Below, one piece after another: positions 29,323 through 39,089 of a stretch of 49,600 bases of DNA (within the stretch, counting starts at the first letter, position 1; every line of letters starts with the position of its first letter). The stretch is taken from assembly GCA_040512755.1 (NCBI GenBank), contig JBEVEP010000049.1, forward strand, positions 1-49,600, read 5' to 3'. The notes beneath the pieces were generated by a model. It searched no databases. It had not been told where the DNA came from and saw only the letters and a program-made list of their open reading frames with translations. Made by a program: the position numbers and the translations under genes. Origin of the DNA: Mesorhizobium sp. (GTDB taxonomy: Bacteria > Pseudomonadota > Alphaproteobacteria > Rhizobiales > Rhizobiaceae).

Positions 29323-30219
29323 ATGGCCCGCAAACATATCCTCCACATGCTGACCCCGCTCAAGCAGATGAGCCCCTTCGACGTGAACATGGCGCTCGAT
29401 GCCGGCTTCGACGCAGTGGTGCCCTATGTCGACGTTCACTTGTCAGACATCACCGGGCTCGTACAGGACGCGATCTTTTCCCGGCCGCCGGACGCTGGCG
29501 TCAATACGGGCATTTTTATTGCCGGCAGGGACGTTTCGCTGGCGCTCGACATGTTCAACGCCGCGAAGAAGGCGATGGTGCCTCCATTCAAGGTTTCGGT
29601 GTTCGCGGATCCTGCAGGATCCTTCACCACAGCCGCGGCCATGGTCGCCAAGGTTGAGAAGGCGCTTGAAAAGCAGTTCCAGCGAAAACTGAAGGACACA
29701 AAAGTATCCGTCTTTGGCGCGACCGGCGTGGTGGGTTTCTGCACGGCTGTAATTGCGGCCAAGGAAAGCGCGAAGGTCACGCTTGTCGGGCATGACGGCA
29801 TCGCGCGGGTAAGCAAGATCGCCGCGGAAATGAAGACGCGTTTCGATGTGGATGTGGATGCCGCCGACGGCTCGAGCAATGCCGAGAAAACCAAGATCGT
29901 CGGCGCCAGCGAAGTGATCCTGGCGGCCGCCAAGGCGGGTATTCAGGTGATCACGGCTGCTCATGTGAAGGATGCTCGCAACCTGCTGATTGCGGCAGAC
30001 GTAAATGCCGTTCCACCCTCCGGCATCGAAGGCGTGAAGGTCGATTCAAACGGCGATCCGCTCGAAGCGACAAAGGCTGTCGGCATTGGTGCGCTCGCTA
30101 TCGGCAATGTGAAGTACAAGACCGAATTCGGCCTCTTCAAGAAGATGATTGAAGCGGAGAAAACGGTCTCCTTCGATTTTCAGGATGCTTTCTCCTTTGC
30201 ACGCGAGCTTGCCAAGTAA
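29323..30219 (+). CDS. mtdB: NAD(P)-dependent methylene-tetrahydromethanopterin dehydrogenase (MtdA/MtdB family; MtdB by context)
   Basis: Start trimmed to the ATG at 29323 ('MARKHILHMLTPLKQMSPFDVNMALDAGFD'); 298 aa. Confidence 0.82.
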   Translation: MARKHILHMLTPLKQMSPFDVNMALDAGFDAVVPYVDVHLSDITGLVQDAIFSRPPDAGVNTGIFIAGRDVSLALDMFNAAKKAMVPPFKVSVFADPAGSFTTAAAMVAKVEKALEKQFQRKLKDTKVSVFGATGVVGFCTAVIAAKESAKVTLVGHDGIARVSKIAAEMKTRFDVDVDAADGSSNAEKTKIVGASEVILAAAKAGIQVITAAHVKDARNLLIAADVNAVPPSGIEGVKVDSNGDPLEATKAVGIGALAIGNVKYKTEFGLFKKMIEAEKTVSFDFQDAFSFARELAK

Positions 30220-30226
30220 CGCCGGG

Positions 30227-31333
30227 GTGCTTTTGATCGCCGCGATCTCGGGCCGTGCACTGGCCGCGGCGGCGCGCCGGGCGGGCTACCGCCCGTTCGT
30301 GGCCGACCTGTTTTGCGATACTGACACGGTCGCGCTCGCGGAACGCGCGGAGAGGCTGAAGGGGGATCTACGGAGCGGGATCGATGGGGCGCAGCTGATC
30401 CCGACTCTTCGGGCGCTTGCGGGCGAAGAACAGCCCGTGGCGGTGGTCCTTGGATCGGGCTTCGAACGTAGGCCGGAACTCGTTGACGAGATAGGAAACC
30501 AGTTTCCGCTGGCGGGCAATCGCGGATCAACAATACGCCGCGTGAAAGACCCGCAGGCGCTTTCCGATGATTGCGCCGCACTGGGCATTCCCCATCCGGA
30601 GTTTCAGTGGGAAGCCCCACCTGATCCGCGAAACTGGGTCGCCAAGACAGTCGGCGCTGCCGGGGGCCAACATGTGAAGCAGGCCGACGCAACAGGCCCG
30701 TGCACCGCAGGCCGTTATTTTCAGCGTTTCATACCCGGCAAAAGCATCTCGGCGCTTTTTGTCGCGGACGGCAAGCACGCTCAGATCGTTGGGTTCAGCC
30801 GCCAGTGGACATCGCCCGCGCCGACGGCCCCCTACCGCTACGGAGGCGCAGTTCGCATACGACGCTTCGACCGTCGAGAGACGACAATGATCGAAGGCTG
30901 GCTCTCAGGCCTGACCGATCGAGCCGGCTTGTTGGGCCTCTGCAGCGCGGACTTCATTCGCTCCGAGGATGGTTTCTGGCTGGTCGAAGTCAATCCGAGG
31001 CCCGGAGCTACGCTCGACATATTCGACAGTCCCAAGGCTCGGCTGATGGATTTGCATCTCAATGCAACGCGGGGCAATGCCTGGTACTGCCTGCCCCGCT
31101 TCACCGACAGCATGGCTTCGATGATCGCCTATGCTGCTGACCCGATACCCTATTTTCCTGCTCTCGACTGGCCGGATTGGACTGCCGATCACCAATCGGA
31201 AGGAACGTCATTGGCAGCCGGCGATCCCGTCTGCACGGTCTTCGCGCGGGGCCCGAGCGCGGTAGCAACACAGAGAATGCTCGAGAAGCAGGCAAAGCAG
31301 CTTAAGAGCTTGTGGGAAGGAACGCGCAGGTGA
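30227..31333 (+). CDS. ATP-grasp protein of the H4MPT-linked gene set (Methylorubrum orf5-like)
   Basis: ATP-grasp core ('WVAKTVGAAGGQHV', 'LVEVNPRPGATLD'). The GTG at 30227 follows the mtdB stop; an alternative ATG at 30185 would overlap mtdB by 35 nt. Confidence 0.7.
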   Translation: MLLIAAISGRALAAAARRAGYRPFVADLFCDTDTVALAERAERLKGDLRSGIDGAQLIPTLRALAGEEQPVAVVLGSGFERRPELVDEIGNQFPLAGNRGSTIRRVKDPQALSDDCAALGIPHPEFQWEAPPDPRNWVAKTVGAAGGQHVKQADATGPCTAGRYFQRFIPGKSISALFVADGKHAQIVGFSRQWTSPAPTAPYRYGGAVRIRRFDRRETTMIEGWLSGLTDRAGLLGLCSADFIRSEDGFWLVEVNPRPGATLDIFDSPKARLMDLHLNATRGNAWYCLPRFTDSMASMIAYAADPIPYFPALDWPDWTADHQSEGTSLAAGDPVCTVFARGPSAVATQRMLEKQAKQLKSLWEGTRR

Positions 31334-32286
31334 AGGACGGCTCGGCATTTCTCAATGATAACGCCCAACGGATCGCCGAAAGCATGATCCGCGATGCCGA
31401 GCGCCTGCGTATTTCGGCCTTCAAGGGCTCCCTCGGCGAGACATTGATCGACGCCGGCGCAAACGTAACCGGAGGCATTGAGGCCGGGCTGCGGATGGCC
31501 GAATGCGCAATGGGCGGACTGGGTACCATTGCATTGGTGATGGATCGCGCTTCAGACAAGTGGCCTTTCAGCGTCGAGGTCCGGTCTTCTCAGCCCGTGC
31601 TGGCCTGTCTCGGAAGCCAATACGCCGGCTGGAACCTGTCGAGCGGGGATTATTTTGCCATGGGGTCAGGCCCGGCTCGCGCCCTCGCCCGTGTCGAGCC
31701 GCTGTTTACGATCTTGTCCTATCGCGATGCCGCATCGGCAGCAGTACTTGTCCTTGAGACCGCCGAACCTCCGCCGAAGGACGTCGTGGAGAAGGTTGCC
31801 AGAGCCACGGCACTGCCTGTTGAAAAACTCACTTTCCTCTTCGCGCCCACCCAAAGTCTGGCCGGAAGCGTGCAGATTGTGTCGCGCGTCCTGGAAGTCG
31901 CTTTGCACAAGGCGAACGATCTCAAATTCCCTCTCGATGACATTATCGACGGGATTGGCGCAGCTCCTATCCCTGCGCCGCATCCCGACTTCCTCACCGC
32001 AATGGGACGCACCAACGACGCCATCATCTATGGCGGGATTGCTCAACTCTTCGTGCGTGGATCTGCGGCGGCCGCGCAAGCACTCGCCCAACAACTGCCG
32101 AGCAGCGCCTCCCGTGACTATGGGCAGCCTTTTGCCAAGATATTCAAGCAGTTCAAGGGTGATTTTTATGCGATCGACCCGCTGCTCTTCAGTCCTGCAG
32201 AAGTCATTGTAACTGCGATCGAGAGCGGCGATACATTCCGCGCCGGTGGGCGTGATCTCAAGATGCTCGAGCAGAGTCTCGGATGA
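31312..32286 (+). CDS. mch: Methenyl-tetrahydromethanopterin cyclohydrolase
   Basis: 324 aa. 'LIDAGANVTGGIEAGLRMAECAMGGLGT' is typical of Mch. An alternative GTG start at 30 nt... see 31330, which overlaps the upstream stop (GTGA). Confidence 0.88.
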   Translation: MGRNAQVKDGSAFLNDNAQRIAESMIRDAERLRISAFKGSLGETLIDAGANVTGGIEAGLRMAECAMGGLGTIALVMDRASDKWPFSVEVRSSQPVLACLGSQYAGWNLSSGDYFAMGSGPARALARVEPLFTILSYRDAASAAVLVLETAEPPPKDVVEKVARATALPVEKLTFLFAPTQSLAGSVQIVSRVLEVALHKANDLKFPLDDIIDGIGAAPIPAPHPDFLTAMGRTNDAIIYGGIAQLFVRGSAAAAQALAQQLPSSASRDYGQPFAKIFKQFKGDFYAIDPLLFSPAEVIVTAIESGDTFRAGGRDLKMLEQSLG

Positions 32287-32332
32287 CTACGCTGCCTTCC
32301 GATTGCCTCGACCAGCCCAAGGATAAGGCCGA

Positions 32333-33277
32333 GTGAGTTCCCGAATCCTCATCGTCAATGACAATTCTGACAACCGGTCGAACAACCTCGCAGCGAGTTT
32401 TCACAAGCGAGGCGTGTCAGCGACGAGCGCACCGCTTGCCGCTCTGGCCTTCGACACCACCAGCCCCCACGGCCTGTCGATTCCAGGCTTCGATGGCGGC
32501 TTGCCGGACGCTGTTCTGGTGCGCTCCATTGCCGCCGGCTCTTTCGAAGCGATCACCCGCCGGCTGGGTATCCTTCACGCGCTCGCCAAGCTTTCCGTAC
32601 CGGTGTGGAACTCTGCTCAGGCGATAGAACGCTGCGTCGACAAATCGATGACAACGTTCTTGATGCAGCAGGCAGGATTGCGTACGCCGGCGACATTCGC
32701 CGTCGAGGGCCGGGAAGCGGCGGAGAAAATAGCTGCCCGCGAACTTCCGCGATCGCCGTTGGTGCTGAAGCCCCTTTTCGGCGCGCAAGGACGCGGCATC
32801 AGGCTCGTTCGCGTACCTGCCGACCTGCCGTCCGAAGATGAGGTGGACGGCGTTTACTACCTCCAGCACTACGTGCCCCGCGCCGGGCCGCCATTTCGGG
32901 ACTTCCGCGTTTTTGTCTGCTCGGGCGCGGCAGTCGCAATGATGCAGCGACGCGGCGACGATTGGGTGACCAACGTGAACCGTGGAGCCGTTCCCGAGCG
33001 GTTTAGCGGATGCCTACAAGTCGAACTTTGCGACATGGCTGTTGCCGCAGCCGACGCAGTCGGCGCGGATTTCGCAGGCGTAGACATCGTGCAGTCGATT
33101 GACGGCCGGCTATTCGTGCTCGAAGTTAACAGCATGCCGGCCTGGTCCGGGCTGCAATCGGTCGTCGCAGTGAACATTGCCGATGCAATTGTGGCGGGCT
33201 TTCTGGCTCATCTGGCGGAGCACCGCAAGACGTTCGCGCTTCGCCCTTGTCGGCTGTCTCAGCGGGTCAATTCGTGA
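32333..33277 (+). CDS. RimK-type ATP-grasp ligase (orfY / tetrahydromethanopterin:glutamate ligase MptN-like)
   Basis: 314 aa, GTG start. RimK-like 'VLKPLFGAQGRGIRLV' and 'FVLEVNSMPAW'. Confidence 0.72.
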   Translation: MSSRILIVNDNSDNRSNNLAASFHKRGVSATSAPLAALAFDTTSPHGLSIPGFDGGLPDAVLVRSIAAGSFEAITRRLGILHALAKLSVPVWNSAQAIERCVDKSMTTFLMQQAGLRTPATFAVEGREAAEKIAARELPRSPLVLKPLFGAQGRGIRLVRVPADLPSEDEVDGVYYLQHYVPRAGPPFRDFRVFVCSGAAVAMMQRRGDDWVTNVNRGAVPERFSGCLQVELCDMAVAAADAVGADFAGVDIVQSIDGRLFVLEVNSMPAWSGLQSVVAVNIADAIVAGFLAHLAEHRKTFALRPCRLSQRVNS

Positions 33278-33278
33278 C

Positions 33279-34124
33279 ATGGGCGCGTCCAGGGAGGTCA
33301 TTCGGAGCGCATATCTGAGGGCATGCCGGCAGGAACTGGATGCGCTGAAGCCAGGCAATGTCCACGTTTTTGCCGATGGCCACAGGATGTCGGCCGATCA
33401 CTTCCTTGATAGTGCGGAGGTTTCCTCTACCCCGTTGACCAATCCCAATCTGACCTTGGGCCGGCGTATCCTCGAGGCTGTTCGAGCGACCAAACAAGCC
33501 GTGAGGATGAACACCAATCTGGGCATCATCCTTCTCTGCGCGCCGCTGATCCGCGCAGCACAAATGAATGCGACGGAACTAAGAGGCGAACTGGACACTG
33601 TTCTCGGTTCGATGACGATGGACGACGCGGCAGCAGTATTCGAGGCCATCGTTATGGCTTCCCCCGGCGGGCTGGGTTCTTCAGATGCCCATGACGTCAG
33701 GAACGCGCCAACGGTCCCCCTGCTTGAGGCCATGCGGGAAGCGTCGGGACGTGACATGATCGCCCGGCAATATGTCACCGGCTATCAGGATATCTTCGAA
33801 GCCGGTCTTGCAGCGCATAGCCATTCGATCGCTCAGGGAGAGCGGGGAACGTGGCCGGTCGTCTTTACGTACATGGCGTTTCTGACCGCCTTCCCGGATA
33901 GCCATGTCGCCCGCAAGTTCGGGCGAGAAATAGCAGCGGCGGTGCAAGATGAAGCCCAGGCGGTGCGCGCCTCTCTGGACGCGACAGCCAGCGAACAGGA
34001 TCGCCTCGCGCTTCTGACGAAATTCGACCGGAGCCTGAAAATGCGAGGCATCAACCCCGGCACATCGGCAGACCTCACCGTGGCTTGTCTTTTAGTCCAC
34101 ATTGTCCGCAGCGAACTTGCATAA
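33279..34124 (+). CDS. Triphosphoribosyl-dephospho-CoA synthase-family protein (orf7-like, H4MPT-linked)
   Basis: Start trimmed to the ATG at 33279, 1 nt after the upstream stop; 281 aa. 'KPGNVH' and 'INPGTSADLT' are CitG/MdcB-family motifs. Confidence 0.72.
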   Translation: MGASREVIRSAYLRACRQELDALKPGNVHVFADGHRMSADHFLDSAEVSSTPLTNPNLTLGRRILEAVRATKQAVRMNTNLGIILLCAPLIRAAQMNATELRGELDTVLGSMTMDDAAAVFEAIVMASPGGLGSSDAHDVRNAPTVPLLEAMREASGRDMIARQYVTGYQDIFEAGLAAHSHSIAQGERGTWPVVFTYMAFLTAFPDSHVARKFGREIAAAVQDEAQAVRASLDATASEQDRLALLTKFDRSLKMRGINPGTSADLTVACLLVHIVRSELA

Positions 34125-34288
34125 AGAAAAGGTTGGTGCTTGAATTTCCTCAGCGGAACCAACTTTCCGCGGCTATCTAGCCAACCGGCCCGGCCAAACC
34201 GGGCGCTGCCAACAAGGATAGTCGTCCATCGAGCGTCCGCTCGGGCGGCATCTTTGGACACCATAATTGTGTCTTGGAGGAAATTGGC

Positions 34289-34795
34289 ATGGCAAAGATC
34301 TCGAAAGTCATGGTCGGTGAATCGCTCGTTGGAGAAGGCAACGAGGTTGCGCATGTCGACCTGCTGATTGGTCCGCGGGGAAGCCCGGTCGAAGCAGCAT
34401 TCTGCAACGCACTCACCAACAACAAAGACGGCTTTACAACATTGCTGGCGGTGATCGCGCCAAATCTGCCTTGCAAGCCCAACACGGTTCTCTTCAACAA
34501 GGTCACGATCAAGGGCGCGAAGCAGGCTGTGCAGATGTTCGGCCCCGCGCAGTTTGCGGTGGCCAAGGCGGTTCAGGACAGCGTCGCCGACGGGATTATC
34601 CCTGCCAGCGAGGCGGACGACGTGTTTATCTGCGTTGGTGTCTTCATCCACTGGGAGGCCGACGACGACGCCAAGATACAGCAGTACAACTATCAGGCTA
34701 CGAGGGAAGCGATCCAACGCGCGGTGGAAGGCAAGCCGACTGCTTCCGAAGCCACGGCAAAGCGGGATTCGGTGAAGCATCCGTTCGGAGCCTAG
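34289..34795 (+). CDS. fae: Formaldehyde-activating enzyme
   Basis: Start at the ATG at 34289 behind the RBS ggagga; 168 aa. Near-colinear with Methylorubrum Fae as recalled ('[33 protein letters not shown]...[16 protein letters not shown]'). Confidence 0.93.
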   Translation: MAKISKVMVGESLVGEGNEVAHVDLLIGPRGSPVEAAFCNALTNNKDGFTTLLAVIAPNLPCKPNTVLFNKVTIKGAKQAVQMFGPAQFAVAKAVQDSVADGIIPASEADDVFICVGVFIHWEADDDAKIQQYNYQATREAIQRAVEGKPTASEATAKRDSVKHPFGA

Positions 34796-35039
34796 ACAAG
34801 AGACAGCCCCGCACAGGTAAAACCCTCTGCAGAGCCGGATGGTCTGTTGCGCCGGCTGAAAAAGCTCCTGGGCTTGTAGTCGTCGACCCGAGGATCGGAA
34901 TCGGTCTTCGGGGGAACGATGCGCGGTCTGAAAGCGCCAGAGCGTCCTCTATGCTTCCATTGATATGGATGCGTGGCGCTTTAGCTCGCGTTTGGTTCTG
35001 CCCCGAAGCGCTGCTCTCACAAGAAGACTGCGGCAGATA

Positions 35040-35738
35040 CTACGCCACGAGCAAAGCGAGTTCAGCTGAACTCAAGCTGCCGTCATGCAGCGACGTTGCG
35101 ACGAGCGCGGCGTCGATCCCCATCGACGACAAAGCGCGGATATCGGACATGCCACGCACTCCCCCAGCCGCGACAACGGTTCGCTTGCCTGCCATGGTCT
35201 TGATGGCTTCGAGCCTGCCTAGGTCCGGACCGGCTGCAGAACCGACCTTGGCCAAGGTCATCACAATCACGGTCTGCGGCCAGAGGCCGGGATCCTCCAG
35301 AATGGACGCAGGCCCTCGAAATCCGTCCGCGAAGAAATCAAGAGACAGGATGAGTCGAGGATGGTTTCTGTAGCGCTTCACCAACACATAGTCTTGCTGC
35401 GATTCTGACCCGAGCACGGGACAAAGCGACGGCTCAGCAAGCGCCACCGCCAAGGCCTCTTCGCTGGACAGGCCGGAATCGACCCAGAGTTCCGGCGCGT
35501 CCTCCATCGCCCGCAAACTACCAATAGCTGTGGTGTTTGGCGTGCGCCCTTCTATCGCATCGAGATCGGCAATGTAAAATGTTGAAAAAGGATGCAATCG
35601 GCGCAACCCTGCGGCAACGGCGGCAGGATCGGAACTGACGCTGAGTGGCGTCTTGATCGGCCGGTAGCTGTCGCGCAGCCCCTTCCTGGCGCTGACGACC
35701 TCGCCGCCTTTCAAGTCGAGAACCGGAATGATACGCAA
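35040..35738 (-). CDS. HisA/HisF-fold TIM-barrel protein of the H4MPT-linked set (orf1-like)
   Basis: 'RIIPVLDLKGGEVV' N-terminus and 'VVAAGGVRGMSDI' C-terminal phosphate site. Proposed TTG start at 35738 after gggggaaaacg; the ATG at 35900 would run through the divergent neighbour. Confidence 0.7.
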   Translation of the reverse strand: MRIIPVLDLKGGEVVSARKGLRDSYRPIKTPLSVSSDPAAVAAGLRRLHPFSTFYIADLDAIEGRTPNTTAIGSLRAMEDAPELWVDSGLSSEEALAVALAEPSLCPVLGSESQQDYVLVKRYRNHPRLILSLDFFADGFRGPASILEDPGLWPQTVIVMTLAKVGSAAGPDLGRLEAIKTMAGKRTVVAAGGVRGMSDIRALSSMGIDAALVATSLHDGSLSSAELALLVA

Positions 35739-35780
35739 CGTTTTCCCCCAGGTCTGGCCCGCCCAATGAAAGCTTGAAGC

Positions 35781-36818
35781 GTGGAAAAAGAAAAGAAAAT
35801 CATCACAGGCTTCGATATCGGTGGCGCCCATTTGAAAGTGGCCCGCACCGAGAACGGCCGCGTCGTGAATGCAACGACAATCGCTGCCCCGCTGTGGCAA
35901 GGTGTCGACAAGCTTACGTCTGCCCTGGCTGAGGCCTTGCCGCTCTACGCCGATGCCGACCTCAAGGTCTTCACCATGACCGGCGAGCTTGCCGATGTTT
36001 TTACATCCCGAGAAGCTGGCGTGGCAACGCTTCTCAATGAGATCGAGCAGCGCATTTCAGGGGAAGCGAAGCTGATTTATGCGGGACGGTCAGGGTTCGT
36101 GACCATGGCCCAGGCATCGTCGCTCGGCGCCGATGTGGCGTCTGCCAACTGGAACGCGACGGCAGCGATTGTCGCGAAACTCGCAGGCGGCGGTCTGTTC
36201 GTCGACATGGGTTCGACAACTACCGATCTCATCGCGATCAGGGACGGCGCCGTCGCAAACCGCGGCTATTCCGATGCCGAGCGCCTGCTCACCGGCGAAC
36301 TCGTCTACACCGGATTCACACGCAGCTATCTCTTCAGCGTGGCATCTTCGGCGCCGGTACGCGGACGGCTTACGCCACTCATGAACGAATACTTCGCGTC
36401 CATGGCGGACGTGCACCGGATCATGGGAGCGCTCGATGAAAGGGACGACAAACACCCGGCCGCCGACGGCAAGGAGAAGACGGTCCCCGCTTCCTGCGCC
36501 CGCCTTGCACGGATCGTCGGCCGCGATGCACCGGACATGGACCTTACGGGGTGGCTGAACCTCGCGCGGTGGTTCAGCGAACAGCAGCTTCGCATGGTGC
36601 ACGACGCCGCGTTTCGCGTGGCCAGCAATGTGGCTGGACAAGCTCCGGTGATAGGAGCCGGAATTGGACGCTGGCAGATCAGGCGGTTGGCCCAACGCAT
36701 GGAACGGGATTTCGTCGATTTTTCAGATATCATCACCGCCGACGATGCCGTGCGCAACGACGCGAGCAACGCTGCGCCGGCGGTTGCAGTTGCTCTCCTG
36801 GCGGGTGCGCGAGAATAG
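35781..36818 (+). CDS. Hydantoinase/oxoprolinase-fold 'H4MPT-linked C1 transfer pathway protein' (orf9-like)
   Basis: 345 aa, GTG start. ASKHA-type 'ITGFDIGGAHLKVA' and 'GLFVDMGSTTTDL'. Confidence 0.75.
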   Translation: MEKEKKIITGFDIGGAHLKVARTENGRVVNATTIAAPLWQGVDKLTSALAEALPLYADADLKVFTMTGELADVFTSREAGVATLLNEIEQRISGEAKLIYAGRSGFVTMAQASSLGADVASANWNATAAIVAKLAGGGLFVDMGSTTTDLIAIRDGAVANRGYSDAERLLTGELVYTGFTRSYLFSVASSAPVRGRLTPLMNEYFASMADVHRIMGALDERDDKHPAADGKEKTVPASCARLARIVGRDAPDMDLTGWLNLARWFSEQQLRMVHDAAFRVASNVAGQAPVIGAGIGRWQIRRLAQRMERDFVDFSDIITADDAVRNDASNAAPAVAVALLAGARE

Positions 36819-37113
36819 CCGAGAGCTGGAGAGCAAACCCGTCGACCGAGTCTAGCGGGCGTGGATAGATCCGGTCCAATTTTTATTCCAAGTTTGAAAA
36901 AGCCTTTTTGGAGCAATGCGATAGAAGGCAAGCGCCGATCTTGGCCGACATCTTCTGTCCAAACGCATCGGTCCGGGCGCCTAACCGCGCCGGTCTCCTG
37001 TGGAACGGGGCCCATCATGACGGCAACTGACCAGGAACGAACCGTCGCGACGCTGGGCGCGGATCGCCGCGCCGCGCGAGAAACAGAACTGACCACATCC
37101 GACCCATCTTGCT

Positions 37114-37692
37114 CTAAGACTGCCTGGGTTCCGCGCCCGAGAAATGGTCGGTCACGCGCTCCATCAGCCAGCCCCAGGCTTCCCGTTCCTCTTCCCCAGC
37201 CGTCTTCTCGATGGCGATGGTGAGATAGGCAATTTCTGCCTCGATCTTCTCCCGCGGGAGCATGCCCAGCCGGCTGACCAAAATCGCAAGCTCCAGCACG
37301 GCGGCTTTGGCCCTGTTGAAGCCGGTAAAGGGCGCGTGAGTTTCTCCTTCTCGCACGCGGCAGAAATGACGCGGCCGAACGCCATCGTCTTCGATCCTGA
37401 CGACCTCCAAAACGGAATGAGCAAGCGCCGCCTGCAGCCTGGGAACAGGCGAGCTCTTGAGGCCGACCGTCGGCCACTCTTTCCGGCCTGTAAGACAGCC
37501 GGCAAAGATACGAACATCGTCCGTGTAGTTGGCCACCGCAATTGGCACTTCGGCCAGGTTGTCGAGCGTCGTTGACGGACGGAAGGGCGCGATGATCCAT
37601 CCATCCTTGTCGGCGATGATACCCAGCGGCGCGATGTGTACCTTGCCGCTCCGGCTTGCCGTCGTGACGATACACTCGCGAATGTAAGGCAT
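37114..37692 (-). CDS. DUF447-family protein (orf22-like, H4MPT-linked, function unknown)
   Basis: Start trimmed to the ATG at 37692 ('MPYIRECIVTT'), 2 nt after the upstream stop; 192 aa. Confidence 0.65.
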   Translation of the reverse strand: MPYIRECIVTTASRSGKVHIAPLGIIADKDGWIIAPFRPSTTLDNLAEVPIAVANYTDDVRIFAGCLTGRKEWPTVGLKSSPVPRLQAALAHSVLEVVRIEDDGVRPRHFCRVREGETHAPFTGFNRAKAAVLELAILVSRLGMLPREKIEAEIAYLTIAIEKTAGEEEREAWGWLMERVTDHFSGAEPRQS

Positions 37693-37694
37693 CG

Positions 37695-39089
37695 CTAACC
37701 TTTCTTCCTGGCTTGCAGCGTATGGCCCGCTTCGGCGAGGCGCGTGCGGTCCTGTTCCGGCGCGGGGGCCGCGACCCCCCATGCCAACGGCTCGTCCTGC
37801 ACGTAGCGCTTGCCAAGCCGCCAGGCGATCTCGGCCTTCATCAGCTCGGCGCCCAGGTAGAAGGCATGCGCCCCGTCGTTTTCAACGCCAAGGCTAGCGA
37901 AGAGTTCGAAAGCATCCTTCGCCACACGATGGCCCTTCGCGTTGAAGATGTGGATGCCATCCTCCGAGGTCTGGATGCGGAAATTGGCGTCCCGCACCTC
38001 TGCCGCAAGCGCCTCAATGTCTTCGCGCGTCGCTGGAAAAGGCTTGCGGTCATGGATTTGCAGAAGGCCTGCATCATACCCGCGTGGCAAGGCCCCATCG
38101 TTGCGCGCGGTGAAAAGGATACGGCGCGCCAGATCGTGCTCCTCGACCGTACGCACCGTATGCGGGCTGACATTGACCGTCAGCACATTGCGCACCGACA
38201 GTTCCGAGCATAGGCCGGCCAGGATTGCCGTGACGCCCGAACTGTCGGCATCGGTGAGTTCGGTGAGGTTGCCTGTCCCCATCAGCATTTCAACGTCCGG
38301 CCAGCGGCGGCGCGCGTCGAGAAACCGGCCAAGCGAAGCGGCAAAGCCGAAATGGATGGGATCAAGAACCGGATCGACGATGAATGAAATGCCTGCCTTC
38401 CGGGCAGCTTCGATGGCTTGGCCAAGAGAGTCGAGGTCGCCGGGCGTAGCGGGGATCAGCACCGGGATAACGGGATAGTCGAAGGCAAGGGGCAGGCTTT
38501 CGGCCGTGAGGCTGAGCACAAAATCCGCTCCTGCTCGCGCTCCGGCCCTGAGCTCATCCAGATTGGCGGAATCGACGCTGACCTGAAAGCCTTCGGACTT
38601 GAGCTCCCGAACGGCGTCTTCGAGCAGCGGGAATGGCGTTTCGGGCAGACAGCCAAGGTCGACAACATCGGCCCCCGCTGTTCTCAACGCTCGCGCTCTG
38701 GCGAGCAGAGCTTCCATGGAAAGCGTCGGCGCGTCGACAATCTCGGCAAAGATACGCATGTCGTGACCGGATAGATCCGGCGGCTTCCCGGCCCTGCCGA
38801 GAAAAACGGGGAGATCGGCGATTTCATCGGGGCCGCGGACGAACAGGACGCCGAAATGTTCGGAGAGCCGGTCAAGGTCGCCACCGTAGCGGCCCGGTAG
38901 AAGGATCCGGTCGGTTTGCGATGTCAGCTTCAGCCGCCGCTTGATGATGTCTTCCGTCATCAGCGCCGCTACCTTGACGCCGATATCGACGATCTCCCAG
39001 GAGAATTCCGTTTCGCCCAGCCCCGTCAAAAGCCGCTCAAGGCGAGGTTTCGCCAGATGGCCGGTCAGGAACACAAAATGCTCAGCCAT
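37695..39089 (-). CDS. Dihydropteroate-synthase-like pterin-binding protein with N-terminal extension (orf19-like)
   Basis: 464 aa. The C-terminal two-thirds look like a pterin-binding TIM barrel ('GADVVDLG', 'SVDSANLDEL'). Part of the coupled operon. Confidence 0.7.
   Translation of the reverse strand: MAEHFVFLTGHLAKPRLERLLTGLGETEFSWEIVDIGVKVAALMTEDIIKRRLKLTSQTDRILLPGRYGGDLDRLSEHFGVLFVRGPDEIADLPVFLGRAGKPPDLSGHDMRIFAEIVDAPTLSMEALLARARALRTAGADVVDLGCLPETPFPLLEDAVRELKSEGFQVSVDSANLDELRAGARAGADFVLSLTAESLPLAFDYPVIPVLIPATPGDLDSLGQAIEAARKAGISFIVDPVLDPIHFGFAASLGRFLDARRRWPDVEMLMGTGNLTELTDADSSGVTAILAGLCSELSVRNVLTVNVSPHTVRTVEEHDLARRILFTARNDGALPRGYDAGLLQIHDRKPFPATREDIEALAAEVRDANFRIQTSEDGIHIFNAKGHRVAKDAFELFASLGVENDGAHAFYLGAELMKAEIAWRLGKRYVQDEPLAWGVAAPAPEQDRTRLAEAGHTLQARKKG

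Noticed and set aside
36819-37113. Searched this and other spacers for a pqqA-like peptide gene (E-x3-Y motif), tRNAs or riboswitch-like elements
   Set aside because: No short ORF with a PqqA-like sequence was found, and no cloverleaf-compatible or recognisable riboswitch sequence was seen.
36326-37816. 496-aa minus-strand ORF spanning the orf9-like gene, an intergenic region and the DUF447 gene
   Set aside because: It crosses two well-supported genes and a spacer, has Arg/Ser/Pro-rich composition, and shows no recognisable domain. It is an open frame caused by high GC.
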